DNA from: Dehalococcoidia bacterium
GTDB taxonomy: Bacteria > Chloroflexota > Dehalococcoidia > Lucifugimonadales > Lucifugimonadaceae
Assembly: GCA_965203345.1 (NCBI GenBank)
Contig: CBDBCK010000027.1
Span: forward strand, 87,044 to 151,043
Direction of reading: 5' to 3'
DNA length: 64,000 nucleotides
Both the position numbers and the translations under genes were made by a program. Each line of letters opens with the position of its first letter. Positions within the stretch are counted from its first letter, which is position 1. The notes beneath the pieces were generated by a model. That model was not told the origin of the DNA. It saw nothing but the letters and a program-made list of their open reading frames with translations, and did no database searches. Shown here one piece after another: positions 29,956-40,579 of this stretch.

Positions 29956-31712
29956 ACAGGGAGTCCTACCTTTTCTAATTGGTTCAGTTGCATTTTGATA
30001 CTTTTGGTGAGTGTGGAAGGCAAGAAAGGAAGGCCTGTGTACTGTGTTATAGACTTGGCTCTGATACTCTGCTGACGGAGAATAGTCGACCATTGTCCTT
30101 GGTAGTTAAGCTCCGGAACTATCACTAGCCGCTTGGTTTTCAAAGTGTCAAGCACCTCCGCGCACAAAGGGTTCAGAGCGACTGAATATATCCAACCGAT
30201 GTCGATCCCTTCTTTGCGCAGGCGGTTGTAAGCCTCTCTCACTGGCCCTTTTGAAGATCCCCACGGCATCAAAGCGACCTCTGCTTCGGGGTTTTCTATC
30301 TCCCAGTGAGCATCGTCCAGTAGCGAAAGCTTGGCGAACCTGCGTTGAGTAAGGCGTACGTGATGATACGGTAAATGGGTAGTATCGCCTATCTCGTCGT
30401 GCTCGGAGGCGTTTGCGACGTAGGCTCCAGTTCCTCCTGGTATCGGCATTTGGGGCGCAGGGTCTCCTGAAGACCAAGATGAGTAACGCTTGAATCCGTT
30501 TTGTCCTGAATAGACGTTCCGTCTCTCGTCCTTGATCTTAGAGATATCAGGCTTTGGGATGTTCTGTGCCTTTTCTGCCTGCCCGAATTCACTCATGAGC
30601 ATTACTGGTCCTTGATATCTTTCTGCCCAATTGACGGCTAACGCTCCAGTGTAAAAACACTCTTCTATAGTGCCAGGAGCCAGAACCGGCGGATGCAAGT
30701 CTCCATGCGAAGGATGCATACATGCGAACAGGTCTGACTGCTCCGATTTTGTAGGTAGCCCGGTGGCTGGTCCGCCTCTCTGAACGTCCACAAAGACACA
30801 CGGTATCTCCGCCATCCAAGCTAGCCCTATAGCTTCTGACATTAGTGATAAGCCTGGGCCGGCGGTGGCGGTCATTCCTTTTTTACCTGCGAAACCTGCT
30901 CCTATGATGGCGTTAGCGGCTTCTATCTCCGAAGTAGCTTGATAAGAGAATTTACCCTTTCCTACCAGGTTTTGTTCCATCCAGACTAGGATAGTAGTAG
31001 CGGGAGATATAGGATAGCCTACGTATATATCCAAACCCGCCGAATACGCCCCTAGTGCTAGTGCTGTGTTGCCAGTTATGAATATCTGTTCCTCTTTGGG
31101 AGGTGAAGGCATAGCGATGCGACCTGCACTGAAGCCACTCAACTTCGCCTGGGAAGCTCCCTCCCTTATCGCAGTTATGTTTGAGGCGATTATCTGCTCG
31201 TCGTTAGCTCGACCGCGTGAAAAACGTTTGGCTATATAGCTCTCAATAAACTCAAGCGAAAATCCTACCAATTCCGCCACTGCTCCTATAAAAGCCATAT
31301 TAGCCGCTCTGGGGTTGCCTGAGTCTTGGGCTATTTTCTGAGCGTTTAGTCCTAGACTTGAGGCTCGTTCATTGATTTCAAAGGACGTTGAGTCGTACAG
31401 TAATACCCCGTTCTTATCAATATCGGCAGAATGCAACTCATACGCGTCTTTGTTCAGAGCCACCAATACGTCTACATAGTCGCCGTTACTCAGGACGGGT
31501 GAAGTAGAGATCGTAGTTTGAGACGAAGCAGGCCCACCCATGATCTGGGATGGAAAGGTTGAGAAGGTATGTACGTAATACCCTCCTGTTGCCGCAGACT
31601 TGGCCACGGCTTCTGCAGAGGTAACAAGTCCCTGTCCTCCCTCCCCAGCAAACCTGACTGCGAAAGTTTTACGGTATCCTTGAGAGGCCATTGATTGCTC
31701 CGCTGTATCCAC
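29952..31712 (-). CDS. korA: 2-oxoacid:ferredoxin oxidoreductase, alpha subunit (gamma-alpha fusion type)
   Basis: N-terminal gamma-like domain (RFAGEGGQGLVT) and alpha-core motif GYPISPAT. 586 aa, translationally coupled to the beta subunit. Confidence 0.85.
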   Translation of the reverse strand: MDTAEQSMASQGYRKTFAVRFAGEGGQGLVTSAEAVAKSAATGGYYVHTFSTFPSQIMGGPASSQTTISTSPVLSNGDYVDVLVALNKDAYELHSADIDKNGVLLYDSTSFEINERASSLGLNAQKIAQDSGNPRAANMAFIGAVAELVGFSLEFIESYIAKRFSRGRANDEQIIASNITAIREGASQAKLSGFSAGRIAMPSPPKEEQIFITGNTALALGAYSAGLDIYVGYPISPATTILVWMEQNLVGKGKFSYQATSEIEAANAIIGAGFAGKKGMTATAGPGLSLMSEAIGLAWMAEIPCVFVDVQRGGPATGLPTKSEQSDLFACMHPSHGDLHPPVLAPGTIEECFYTGALAVNWAERYQGPVMLMSEFGQAEKAQNIPKPDISKIKDERRNVYSGQNGFKRYSSWSSGDPAPQMPIPGGTGAYVANASEHDEIGDTTHLPYHHVRLTQRRFAKLSLLDDAHWEIENPEAEVALMPWGSSKGPVREAYNRLRKEGIDIGWIYSVALNPLCAEVLDTLKTKRLVIVPELNYQGQWSTILRQQSIRAKSITQYTGLPFLPSTLTKSIKMQLNQLEKVGLPV

Positions 31713-31801
31713 GATTTTTAATTTTCAGCATTGAATTAAAAGCACAAATAGAATTTTATCGCTGTACAATGCGCTAGAGCTATAAACCGTAGAATAAAAT
31801 A

Positions 31802-32326
31802 GTGAAAAATTCAAGAAAAGCTTACAATTTTCAGATAAAACGTCTAATGGCAGCCGGTGGAGTGGTTATACGATGGGGAATCGGTTCTGGATTGGAAGTC
31901 TTGCTTTGTGTCAAGAAATGTTCCGCGCATCCATATCAGTTGCCAAAAGGCACTCCTCATGACGGCGAAACCGTAGAGCAGACGGCTTTGCGGGAAGTTA
32001 AGGAAGAGACGGGTATAACTGTTGAATTGTGTGAGCCTTTGGGCAGTACGAAGTATACGTTTTTGGGTAGACGCTCACGTAATTATGGAGACTCTCATAC
32101 TGTGAAGATCATAGACAAGACAGTCTACTTCTTCTTGATGAGAAGTTTAGGGGGGAACATATTAGATCACGATGATGAGTTTGATGAGGTGTTTTGGGCT
32201 GATTGGCAAACAGCGGTAAGAACATTGTCTTTCTCCGGGCACGCTCAGATGGTTGTACGGGCCGTATCCGTTTTCAAAGAACGAGAACGAACCGTGCGCG
32301 GTAGCAGTAGGCAGATATATGGCTGA
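31802..32326 (+). CDS. NUDIX hydrolase
   Basis: Nudix box GTPHDGETVEQTALREVKEETGI (Gx5Ex7REUxEExGU). Confidence 0.85.
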   Translation: MKNSRKAYNFQIKRLMAAGGVVIRWGIGSGLEVLLCVKKCSAHPYQLPKGTPHDGETVEQTALREVKEETGITVELCEPLGSTKYTFLGRRSRNYGDSHTVKIIDKTVYFFLMRSLGGNILDHDDEFDEVFWADWQTAVRTLSFSGHAQMVVRAVSVFKERERTVRGSSRQIYG

Positions 32327-32882
32327 TTTTCATTCCTACTCTGGCCCAAGAGCCTGTAAGGTGGCGCTGCGCTCTAAAAGGGAAAGCGACGTCTGCAAAG
32401 ACTATGAATGGCGCATAGACGAGGCACTGTGCAAGCTTGATGCAACCAGGCCTATTAATATGACTTTTGATGAATACAGGTGGTTTTACCTGCAGGAACT
32501 GCGCTTACCGTCTACACTCTCCGTTCGGTTTGCTATAGACACCCTTGATGGGAAACACATAGGGAACTGCATGTACTACGACATAGATCGTAATACACGG
32601 CAGGCAGAGCTTGGCATTATGCTCGGTGAAAAAGGGTATTGGGGGCAAGGATACGGATCAGACGCTGTGAGGCTTGTGCTGGATCACGCTTTCATGGAAG
32701 ACGAACTGGACAAGATTTACCTTCATACTTTGACTGATAACCTACGAGCTCAGGGCTGTTTTATCAAGGCCGGACTAAAGGCTTGTGGAGATACATGGCG
32801 GAACGGGTTTCATTTCCTTCGAATGGAGATATTGAAGGGGGAGCGGATGGAGATGAAGGCGACTTATAAGCGGGGTAGCTGA
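32319..32882 (+). CDS. GNAT-family N-acetyltransferase (RimJ/RimL-like)
   Basis: Acetyl-CoA loop GEKGYWGQGYGSDAV. The start is moved to Met23 of the listed ORF (MADFHSY), leaving an 8-nt overlap with the NUDIX gene. Confidence 0.7.
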   Translation: MADFHSYSGPRACKVALRSKRESDVCKDYEWRIDEALCKLDATRPINMTFDEYRWFYLQELRLPSTLSVRFAIDTLDGKHIGNCMYYDIDRNTRQAELGIMLGEKGYWGQGYGSDAVRLVLDHAFMEDELDKIYLHTLTDNLRAQGCFIKAGLKACGDTWRNGFHFLRMEILKGERMEMKATYKRGS

Positions 32883-32925
32883 GCCTTCTATCAGAAGCCT
32901 TATTCCTATATTGCGTCTAGTGCTT

Positions 32926-35172
32926 TTATGACGTTGTTTTTGTTATAGGAGCCATTGCAATCAGAAACCGCTTTATCCCTGCGCTCTTATCTTTGAATAC
33001 TATAGTTACCTCTGGTTCCAGTTTGTCGTAGTCTACTGTGACGACCATTCCTGCTCCGAAGAACTCGTGAATTATCTTATCTCCTGCGACAAGTATGGTT
33101 GAAGGTTTCGGGGAATTACGCTGTTTTTCCTCATAATGAGTGTCTTCAACGTCATCATCATAGTCATGGAAGGATGAATAGCGGGCAGGGTATGCCCTGT
33201 TGTGCCTGTGCGTCATAATTCTTGGATGAGTGTTGATTAGATTTTCCGGTAAGGCACTTAAAAACTGTGAGGGCAGTACGGGTTGGTTTCTGTAGCTTCC
33301 GGTGTAGCTCAGGTAAAGCCTGCGCCGCGCGCGCGTCATTCCGACATAGCATAGTCGTCTTTCTTCCTCTAACCCGTTCTCTTCCAGGGAGCGGGAATGG
33401 GGAAGTAGACCTTCCGTCATCCCAGCAATAAACACGGTATCAAACTCCAATCCCTTAGCTTGATGGAGCGTAATGAGAGTCAGCGTTTCTATGTTCTTAT
33501 TAAGTTCGTTTTCCGTATAGTCAGCTGAAGAAACCAGAGAGATATTTTGCAGAAATTCGTCTAGAGCCTCGCGTGGATCATCCGCCTTGTGCCTTTCAGC
33601 CAAAACCAGTAGCTCCTGAGCGTGATCCCGTTTGTCGCTGCTTGTTTCAGGGTCGGAGTCCATTTGCCGTTCATAGTCCATGGAGTGGATTATCAGCTTC
33701 AACAGTTTATCTGGTTGCATAGTGGTGCTTGCCGTTATGATTTTCTTCATATGTTCGGCAAAGTTCGCTACAGCTTTGGTGCCGCGAGCGCTCAGTCGGA
33801 CGTCCATGGGGTTCCCTTCTTCAGCCATGGATAGAACGGAATCAAGCAGGTAGGCATCGTTTCGGTCTGCTGCTCTACGTAGCTCAGCCAACGTTTTTGT
33901 CCCTATAGAGCGCGAAGGCTTATTGATTATGCGTTCAAGAGCTCCGTCGTCGTTGGGGTTCAGAACTACTCTCATGTAGGAGGCAAGATCCCTGACAGTT
34001 TCGCGCATGTAGAAGCTAACGCCTCCTATAACCTTGTAAGGCACACCCCAGTAGCGACATGCATGTTCTAGTACCCTTGACTGGACATTTGAGCGGTATA
34101 GCACAGCCGTTTCGTTCAAGGATTCTACGTTCCTTTTAGTCAGACGCGACACCTCGCGGATGACGTTATTTGCTTCTTCTTCCGGGTCGTAAGACTCCAT
34201 AACCGATACTGGAAGGCCTTCTTTTTTGTGAGTCCAGAGGTTTTTCTCTATCCTGTTTTGGTTTGGAAGAATAACTGCATTTGCGGCGTCCAAAATGTTC
34301 TGAGTAGAGCGGAAAGACTCGTCCAGTGTTACCACTGTACAGTCGCTGTAAGTGGCCAGGAAGTTGTCGATGTTTTCTGGGTCGGCGTAGCGCCAGGAGT
34401 ATATTGACTGGTCGGGATCTCCGACGACGCATATGTTACGTTGCGGATTGGAGAGTATCTCCCCTAACTTGAATTGCAAGCTGTTTGTATCCTGGAATTC
34501 GTCTATAAGAACGTGTTCAAACCTGTTCTGCCAATCAGCTTGAACGCTGGGGTTCCCTTCCAACATCAGAAGGGTTTTCAAGAGAAGATCATCAAAATCG
34601 ACAGCGTTGGCGCGGGAGAGAGCTTCTTCGTATCGCTCATAGACGCGAGCGTTTATCTCGTCTATCCAGTTCTCGGCTCTTTGGAATACGTCCGCTGGGG
34701 TCAACTTTTGATTCTTGGCTCTAGACACCAAGCTCAGAATCCTGCGTGGAGGATGTTCCTTTCTGTTTATTTCCATGGCGTCCATGACTGTTTTTATAGT
34801 TCTCAACTGTTCATTTTCGTCGTATATGGAGAACCGCTCTCTAATCCCTGCAGCCTCTGGATGGAATCTCAGTATGCGAGCGCATAAACTGTGGAACGTA
34901 TATACCTGAAACCCCGTTGCGTTTACGCTTGTGTTTTGCACAAGACTCTCGCACCGTTCGCGTAGTTCGTTGGCCGCCTTGTTTGTGAACGTCATGCCTA
35001 ATATACGCCAAGGTCGGACGTCCTCCTTAAGGACGAGCCAAGCTATCCGGTGCGCCATTACTAGCGTCTTGCCGCTGCCTGGACCTGCCACTATCATCAG
35101 AGGGCCACCTGGATGCGAGACCGCTTTTATCTGGTTGAGCGTGAGTTTTTCAAAAAACTTATCTTGTTGCAT
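32926..35172 (-). CDS. pcrA: ATP-dependent DNA helicase PcrA/UvrD family
   Basis: Walker A IVAGPGSGKT, plus LIDEFQDTN, TLHQAKGLEFDTVFI and VGMTRARRRLYLS. C-terminal Tudor-like tail (GDKIIHEFFGAGMVV). Confidence 0.9.
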   Translation of the reverse strand: MQQDKFFEKLTLNQIKAVSHPGGPLMIVAGPGSGKTLVMAHRIAWLVLKEDVRPWRILGMTFTNKAANELRERCESLVQNTSVNATGFQVYTFHSLCARILRFHPEAAGIRERFSIYDENEQLRTIKTVMDAMEINRKEHPPRRILSLVSRAKNQKLTPADVFQRAENWIDEINARVYERYEEALSRANAVDFDDLLLKTLLMLEGNPSVQADWQNRFEHVLIDEFQDTNSLQFKLGEILSNPQRNICVVGDPDQSIYSWRYADPENIDNFLATYSDCTVVTLDESFRSTQNILDAANAVILPNQNRIEKNLWTHKKEGLPVSVMESYDPEEEANNVIREVSRLTKRNVESLNETAVLYRSNVQSRVLEHACRYWGVPYKVIGGVSFYMRETVRDLASYMRVVLNPNDDGALERIINKPSRSIGTKTLAELRRAADRNDAYLLDSVLSMAEEGNPMDVRLSARGTKAVANFAEHMKKIITASTTMQPDKLLKLIIHSMDYERQMDSDPETSSDKRDHAQELLVLAERHKADDPREALDEFLQNISLVSSADYTENELNKNIETLTLITLHQAKGLEFDTVFIAGMTEGLLPHSRSLEENGLEEERRLCYVGMTRARRRLYLSYTGSYRNQPVLPSQFLSALPENLINTHPRIMTHRHNRAYPARYSSFHDYDDDVEDTHYEEKQRNSPKPSTILVAGDKIIHEFFGAGMVVTVDYDKLEPEVTIVFKDKSAGIKRFLIAMAPITKTTS

Positions 35173-35328
35173 TCAAAGCCTTTTAAACGAGCACCCACAA
35201 AGCGCCTGTGTTGCGCTTTCGCAAACCGTCAGGTCGTGTAACCAGCAGGGTGTAACGCTGCAACCGGTGTCGATTGTTGAACGGTGCGAATTTCTCCGTG
35301 GTATAGCGTGGCGAAGGCGCGAACAAGA

Positions 35329-36279
35329 TTAGCGGGTAGCGGGTGCCGTGGTAAGTCTTTCTATAGCTTCCATATCGGCATGTTCCTTCAACAGCTCTCG
35401 CATACGGCTCAATTTTTGGGGATGGGCGAACGTGGATTCGCTGTATAGCTCGGCCAGATTGTCGCATACTTCCATAGTGTCTCCGTCTGCCAGTATCATA
35501 GGCTTTTGCTTTTGCTTAGACTCGTACACCACGTATTCAACGGGGGTTATACCGGCCGTGATTACAAGTCCTGCCACCTCTTCGCTCTGCAGCGCCGACA
35601 GCTGTACGTCGGGACGATCTCCCCTTACTACTACCGCGTTGTTCTTCCTCGAGTTAAAATAGTAGGGACCCCAGTCCAGTATCATCCCACCTATCAGAAA
35701 GTGTTCAGCCAAACGCTCTCCGTGCTCTTCCCATGTTAGATAACGGCCTTGCAAACGTTCATTTATCTGATTGAGCGTAGGAGCGTTGAGCCGGCGGTCC
35801 TGAGGGAGGCTACCGAAGCAAACGACGTCGTTTACTTCCGCGGCGGCGGTTCGCATACGATATTGGGGGATATTGTTGAGGATCATGCCCGCGAACCTGG
35901 ATCCGTAGGCTTTTCGCGCCGCTGAGATATCCTCTTCGTTGGACGCGACTATAATTATCAATCCGTCAAGTGTTTCTGCCAATGTCAAATTGAACTGCTC
36001 ATCTCCCGCGCGTCCTTCCACAACTGCAACTGCCGCTCCTTTAAATTCAGACAAGATTGCCTGGGCCGCTTCCTGTGCAGAGTTTTGGGTTACGTTGAGT
36101 AGAACGTTTTCCTCAAAAGATAAACCGGCGTAGCTATGCTTCTCTGTTTCCGGCTGGCCGGCGGAAGTATCCGCTATCAGGATTCGTCCTAACTTTTCCG
36201 AGAGTATGGAAGCCAGACCAGCGGAAATAGCCGTACGACCGGACCTTTCCGATACGGAGGAGACTATGAGACTTGGCAT
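35329..36279 (-). CDS. Phosphotransacetylase N-terminal-like protein (CobQ/BioD-like domain plus DRTGG domain) without a PTA catalytic domain
   Basis: DRTGG-type block VVVRGDRPDVQLSAL...AGLVITAG. The N-terminal nucleotide-binding-like fold has a degenerate P-loop (SSVSERSGRTAIS). Confidence 0.55.
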   Translation of the reverse strand: MPSLIVSSVSERSGRTAISAGLASILSEKLGRILIADTSAGQPETEKHSYAGLSFEENVLLNVTQNSAQEAAQAILSEFKGAAVAVVEGRAGDEQFNLTLAETLDGLIIIVASNEEDISAARKAYGSRFAGMILNNIPQYRMRTAAAEVNDVVCFGSLPQDRRLNAPTLNQINERLQGRYLTWEEHGERLAEHFLIGGMILDWGPYYFNSRKNNAVVVRGDRPDVQLSALQSEEVAGLVITAGITPVEYVVYESKQKQKPMILADGDTMEVCDNLAELYSESTFAHPQKLSRMRELLKEHADMEAIERLTTAPATR

Positions 36280-36392
36280 GAACGCAGAATTTTTCGAGAA
36301 AATAAGAACTAAGGACCTTTAGAACATTGGAAATTATAACAGCAGAAGGTTGCGTTAGTCCTCTCTCAGTCGTACGATGATAATTGTGGCTA

Positions 36393-36468
<76 letters not shown>

Positions 36469-36670
36469 CTGAATGTATTTATCAGGCGCGTCAATAAAGC
36501 AAAGGCGCGCAACTAACGATCTGAACATGCTAGACTCGCTTTTCCTCTCTCGGCCAACAGTTGTTTTCAAAGCAACTTTGCTTATCCGCTTTCAGGCGAG
36601 AAGTTCAGGCTTAAGCGATTTCGTGGGGCGTCCTGCTGATTTTATCTGACGTCTCGTTTTTCAGGCAAAG

Positions 36671-37048
36671 TTGACTGACATGACTAAGGGAGTGTTAGTT
36701 GCTCTAGGGATAATGGTTGTAGGTGTAGCTACCATTCCTATACCGCCCGTTCACTGGGTAGTCCCTTGGCTTTCCCCTTTTGCGGCGGGATTTGCAGGAG
36801 TAGGAGCGGGAAACGTACATAAGGACAAAATAGCAGGATTCGTCCTTGTTACTACTGGGATATTGGCCGTTCCGTCCGCTGTGCTTGGCGCGTTAATACT
36901 GGTAAATCCGGGAGATTTCCTCCCAGATTTCATTCCCAGTTTCACGGGAGTTTTGGCACTTGCTCTCATCCCGGTCGCCATGTTTGGGATAACGGCAGGC
37001 AGCGTCATACGGTTCATGGTTGATTCTGACGATAAAACCTCTCAATGA
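36671..37048 (+). CDS. Small integral membrane protein, unknown function
   Basis: 125 aa with about four Gly/Ala/Val-rich hydrophobic segments and a TTG start. No recognisable family. Confidence 0.4.
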   Translation: MTDMTKGVLVALGIMVVGVATIPIPPVHWVVPWLSPFAAGFAGVGAGNVHKDKIAGFVLVTTGILAVPSAVLGALILVNPGDFLPDFIPSFTGVLALALIPVAMFGITAGSVIRFMVDSDDKTSQ

Positions 37049-37106
37049 GTAGTTCGCATTGAAACTGCAACTTACTATGATTGGGCGAAAGTCTACTGAG
37101 TGACCG

Positions 37107-38078
37107 TTACTCCCAGCGAAGATTTTCCTTACGCGTCTGGAGTATCCTCTTGGTTGCTATATCTTTGTCCGGCACTATAACTACGGGCGAGTCTGCGGCG
37201 TTAAATATCTTGCGTGAGAATGACCCCAGAAACAGCCGCGATACTTTGTCCCTGGAACGTGAAGCCGTTATCACCCATGATCCCGGAGTTTTTTCCTGTA
37301 ACTCTCGCATTGCAGTAACAGCGTCTCTTGTAAATGAGGTCGTTACTTTAACTCGTTTACTTTCCAGTTCGGCAATAGTTGAGTTTATGTAGTTGGATGT
37401 TCCGGGAGGGCCTTCACCAGTCAGCTTGCTGTTGATTATAAGGGCTGCCTTTGCGTTAGTACTAGCTAGCAGGGACTTCAGAAAGGGCATAACGATTGAG
37501 GCGGTTTTAGGGTGTTGTATCGGAACTATAAAGGCACGCGGGTCCAAGAAGCTGCGCCCCTTCAAATCCGTAAGATTGTCCTTTATTATCAAGATAGGCA
37601 CGGACGTGAGAGACCATAACTTCTCTGACAGGTTCCCTTTGAGAAAACGTTCCCACCGAGTATATCGGTTAGCGGTGATGACTATCAGGCCGGAGCCAAT
37701 CAGGCTGGCTCGTGCGGCTATCATGATGGGCGGTGGTCCGGTAGCTATTCCCCAGCGCACGTTATGGGTGAATGGCTTCAACTTTTCCGCTATCTCTTGG
37801 AGGTACGCACTTCCCAGATACGCGCCTCGATCGTGATGTGGAGCAGGGTAACGGACATGCTGTGCCGAGTTCGTTGTCCTGAACCTGTCTTCCGCAGGCA
37901 CCACGTGTAACAAGTTTATCTCAGAGTTGAACCATCTTGTAACCATACATGCGTACGGTAGGCTGATTTCAGACCTTGCGTTGCCGTCTAATGGAACGAG
38001 AACGCGTTCTATTTTTGCAGGCGCCGTTCCACTTGGGAACGTTAAAAAGGGGGCGACGCCGTTATTTTGATGCGCCAT
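37107..38078 (-). CDS. Tandem universal stress protein (UspA) domain protein
   Basis: Two Usp-like halves: RVLVPLDGNARSE...INLLHVV, and the C-terminal ...SVSRLFLGSFSRKIFNAADSPVVIVP. Confidence 0.65.
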   Translation of the reverse strand: MAHQNNGVAPFLTFPSGTAPAKIERVLVPLDGNARSEISLPYACMVTRWFNSEINLLHVVPAEDRFRTTNSAQHVRYPAPHHDRGAYLGSAYLQEIAEKLKPFTHNVRWGIATGPPPIMIAARASLIGSGLIVITANRYTRWERFLKGNLSEKLWSLTSVPILIIKDNLTDLKGRSFLDPRAFIVPIQHPKTASIVMPFLKSLLASTNAKAALIINSKLTGEGPPGTSNYINSTIAELESKRVKVTTSFTRDAVTAMRELQEKTPGSWVITASRSRDKVSRLFLGSFSRKIFNAADSPVVIVPDKDIATKRILQTRKENLRWE

Positions 38079-38278
38079 AGTTTGGATAGCTTGTTATTAG
38101 TTACAGAGAATTAAATTAGTCTTTATATAGTCTAATTACTTTGCTTGAAAATGTGTAATGCTACGGTGACCTATTCTGGTAAAAGGGGTTTCTCTGGTAT
38201 TTTCTTATAACAACTTATAAATCGGTTCCGTATCTCTGTAAACAGTATGCGCGGCATCAACCGGATATTCCCTGTTGT

Positions 38279-39175
38279 TTATCCTCTTTCCAGGGTAGTC
38301 TTAATAGCTTCTTCTAAAACTGGTTCCGGCGCGAAGTTTTCAAAACTGGCGGATATAAGACTGTCTGAACCTATGACGTACGTCCATTCATCGGCGGTTA
38401 TACCCCACTCTTCCAGTATGGGCGTCCTCACGCCGCTTGAGATGTCTCCTTGTATCTCCTCAGGATTTTCATATATGTCTATATGTATGAAATCGACCAT
38501 ACCACCGTACTTTTCTCTCAGACTGCTTACCGCTTGAACTTGCGGACCACATACTGGGGTGGTGCAGAAAGCAGGACTGGCGAAGACGACCACTAGAGGA
38601 CGGGGGGTCTCTATAGCCTCTTTCACCGTTAGCTGGTATAGCTGTTCATCGTAGAACGACCCGGTTGTGAGCGAGCTTAAAGTTGTTTTGTCGTTCAGGG
38701 TTCTGTTTGTGCTGGCAGGAGGACGCTCTCCGATGTCTACGGAATAGGTTTCTTCAGATACGTTAAAGCTCATTACGACCGGATCAGGGCTGGCTGATGG
38801 ACTCGGCACGTGCGCCCGAACTGCCCAACGTCCAGGTCTGTCAAAGTGGAGTTCAGCAGCGTACAGTCCCCTTTCCGTTTCCGGGAATTGATGAAAGCTC
38901 GCCAAGGCTTCCTGTGTTTGTACGCTTTCGTCCCACGTCTCTCGCTCCCCTATAAACTGATAATCAAGATCCAGTACCGGCAACTTGATTATGCCCATCT
39001 CTCCGGTAAGCACAAACGCGAAGCGCCGTTCGCCTATCGCCAAATCTTCAGTTCCCGGTATTGCTCCCCACGTTTCAGACTCTACCTTCCATTCGGAGGG
39101 TACCTTTCCACTTCCGCCACAATTCACCACGGCGACTAAAGCTATTGCCAAAAAAGTGGCAACTATGAAGCGCAT
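38279..39175 (-). CDS. Secreted thioredoxin-fold protein with an N-terminal beta-rich domain
   Basis: Signal/lipobox-like MRFIVATFLAIALVAVVNCGG (start taken at Met11 of the listed ORF). C-terminal thioredoxin-like block VVVFASPAFCTTPVCGPQV. Confidence 0.6.
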   Translation of the reverse strand: MRFIVATFLAIALVAVVNCGGSGKVPSEWKVESETWGAIPGTEDLAIGERRFAFVLTGEMGIIKLPVLDLDYQFIGERETWDESVQTQEALASFHQFPETERGLYAAELHFDRPGRWAVRAHVPSPSASPDPVVMSFNVSEETYSVDIGERPPASTNRTLNDKTTLSSLTTGSFYDEQLYQLTVKEAIETPRPLVVVFASPAFCTTPVCGPQVQAVSSLREKYGGMVDFIHIDIYENPEEIQGDISSGVRTPILEEWGITADEWTYVIGSDSLISASFENFAPEPVLEEAIKTTLERG

Positions 39176-39179
39176 AATT

Positions 39180-40367
39180 TTAGAAACCGGTTTCGTAGGT
39201 TCCAAAGGTAAAGGCGAAGACGGAGAAATCTTCCGAATTGGAAGTTACCTTAAGAGTGCGCTCCGCAAACGTTTCTTGTTCCACGATCTTATAGAGACGC
39301 GGTGAGTCCGCACGAAAAAAAGATCGTCCTTGCTCGTCAAACATAATGTCGTCCCCGGACTCGTTTTCCTTTAGAGGCTCGTCATCCAGGAATACATACA
39401 CGTCAAACGGCTCTTGCGCCTCAGAAGACACGACCACGTTGACGCTTCGGGAGAGGGTTCTCAAAACTATGAAGTCTTCCAGATTCTCGGTACTACGAGC
39501 GTGGGATATAGACTCAGGTCCTCGTCTCCACAGCCCCTGCAGGTAGTAGAAGTTGTGGGCATAGTCTCCAGGGTCTACGAACTCAATAACGTTATCGTCG
39601 TCCTGGGCGTAGTATTCAAGGTTTCCCGCGTAAGGGTTGAATGGGGTTGACCATCTGGTGCCGCCGTATATCTCACGGGTCTGCGTTACAGCGTTTGAGT
39701 CTCTGGTCTGTGAGTTGATAACCCCCGTTTCTATATCGGATACGTCCTCCCCGGCCGACTCAAGAGCAGATCTTATAGCCTGCTCAGTTTCGCAGTATTT
39801 ACCTTCGCCAAAGTGTTTGTAAACTATCTTGCCGGAAGAGTCTATTAGATATTTAGCCGGCCAAAACCTGTTGCCAAAAGCGCGCCACGTAGCGAATTCA
39901 TTATCTATCGCTATAGGCCATACCACTCCTTCTTCGTCTGCCGCCGCCTCTATATTCTCCCGCCGCTTCTCAAACTCAAACTCGGGCGTATGGACTCCGA
40001 TTATGGTAAGCCCTCTGTCTGAGTATTTATCGTGCCATTCTCGTAAGAAGGGCAGGGTTCGAAGGCAGTTGACGCAGGTATAAGTCCAGAAATCTATGAG
40101 CACCACTTCATTATCGTTCGCCAACTCCTGTATCAACAATGGGGAGGAGTTTATCCAGCCTTCTATGCCGGTTACCTCTGGACGTGGCCCTCCTTCCGCA
40201 ACCAGTTCCGGAGCTTCGCACGCGGCTGCCTGCGAAGATTGCGCCGCTGACCGTTCAGCCACTGAGGTAGGCGTGGGCAATGGATCGGGTTCGGCGCTGC
40301 CGCACGCCGAAGAAACAACCGCTACCAGCGAAACGGTTATTAAGGACAGTATGAACTTGTTCATCAC
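39180..40367 (-). CDS. Secreted thioredoxin-like protein (DipZ C-terminal-like: TlpA-type CxxC domain plus beta-sandwich domain)
   Basis: Lipoprotein-type signal LVAVVSSACGS and redox motif VLIDFWTYTCVNCLRTLP. An additional ~200-aa C-terminal domain follows. Confidence 0.7.
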   Translation of the reverse strand: MMNKFILSLITVSLVAVVSSACGSAEPDPLPTPTSVAERSAAQSSQAAACEAPELVAEGGPRPEVTGIEGWINSSPLLIQELANDNEVVLIDFWTYTCVNCLRTLPFLREWHDKYSDRGLTIIGVHTPEFEFEKRRENIEAAADEEGVVWPIAIDNEFATWRAFGNRFWPAKYLIDSSGKIVYKHFGEGKYCETEQAIRSALESAGEDVSDIETGVINSQTRDSNAVTQTREIYGGTRWSTPFNPYAGNLEYYAQDDDNVIEFVDPGDYAHNFYYLQGLWRRGPESISHARSTENLEDFIVLRTLSRSVNVVVSSEAQEPFDVYVFLDDEPLKENESGDDIMFDEQGRSFFRADSPRLYKIVEQETFAERTLKVTSNSEDFSVFAFTFGTYETGF

Positions 40368-40579
40368 TTACGATTATACCTGATTGAGCTCGTTTCTCGC
40401 GTGCAAAGACTGATTTTATAAGGTCTTTGTATGTAATACGCTTTTCTGTTTCAGGCCGCCCACTATTTATTAAGCAGATAGGGAGCGTTCCGTTGGTTCT
40501 TCAGCCTCCGCATATGATAGTTTTATCAGCAGGCAGGAGGCAAACAGAGGACAAGATTTATTCTACATTACAGGAGACA

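Noticed and set aside
29956-30093. 46-codon N-terminal extension of the korB-like ORF overlapping korA
   Set aside because: An internal ATG at 29955 gives the usual beta-subunit N-terminus and an ATGA overlap with the korA stop. The extension lies inside korA coding sequence.
40427-40579. 51-codon N-terminal extension of hemA in the listed ORF
   Set aside because: The extension (MYVIRFSVSGRPLFIKQ...) has no HemA similarity. A canonical HemA N-terminus (MLDYIAVGVNIKTAPLEVLERL) starts at ATG 40580 behind an AGGAG box.
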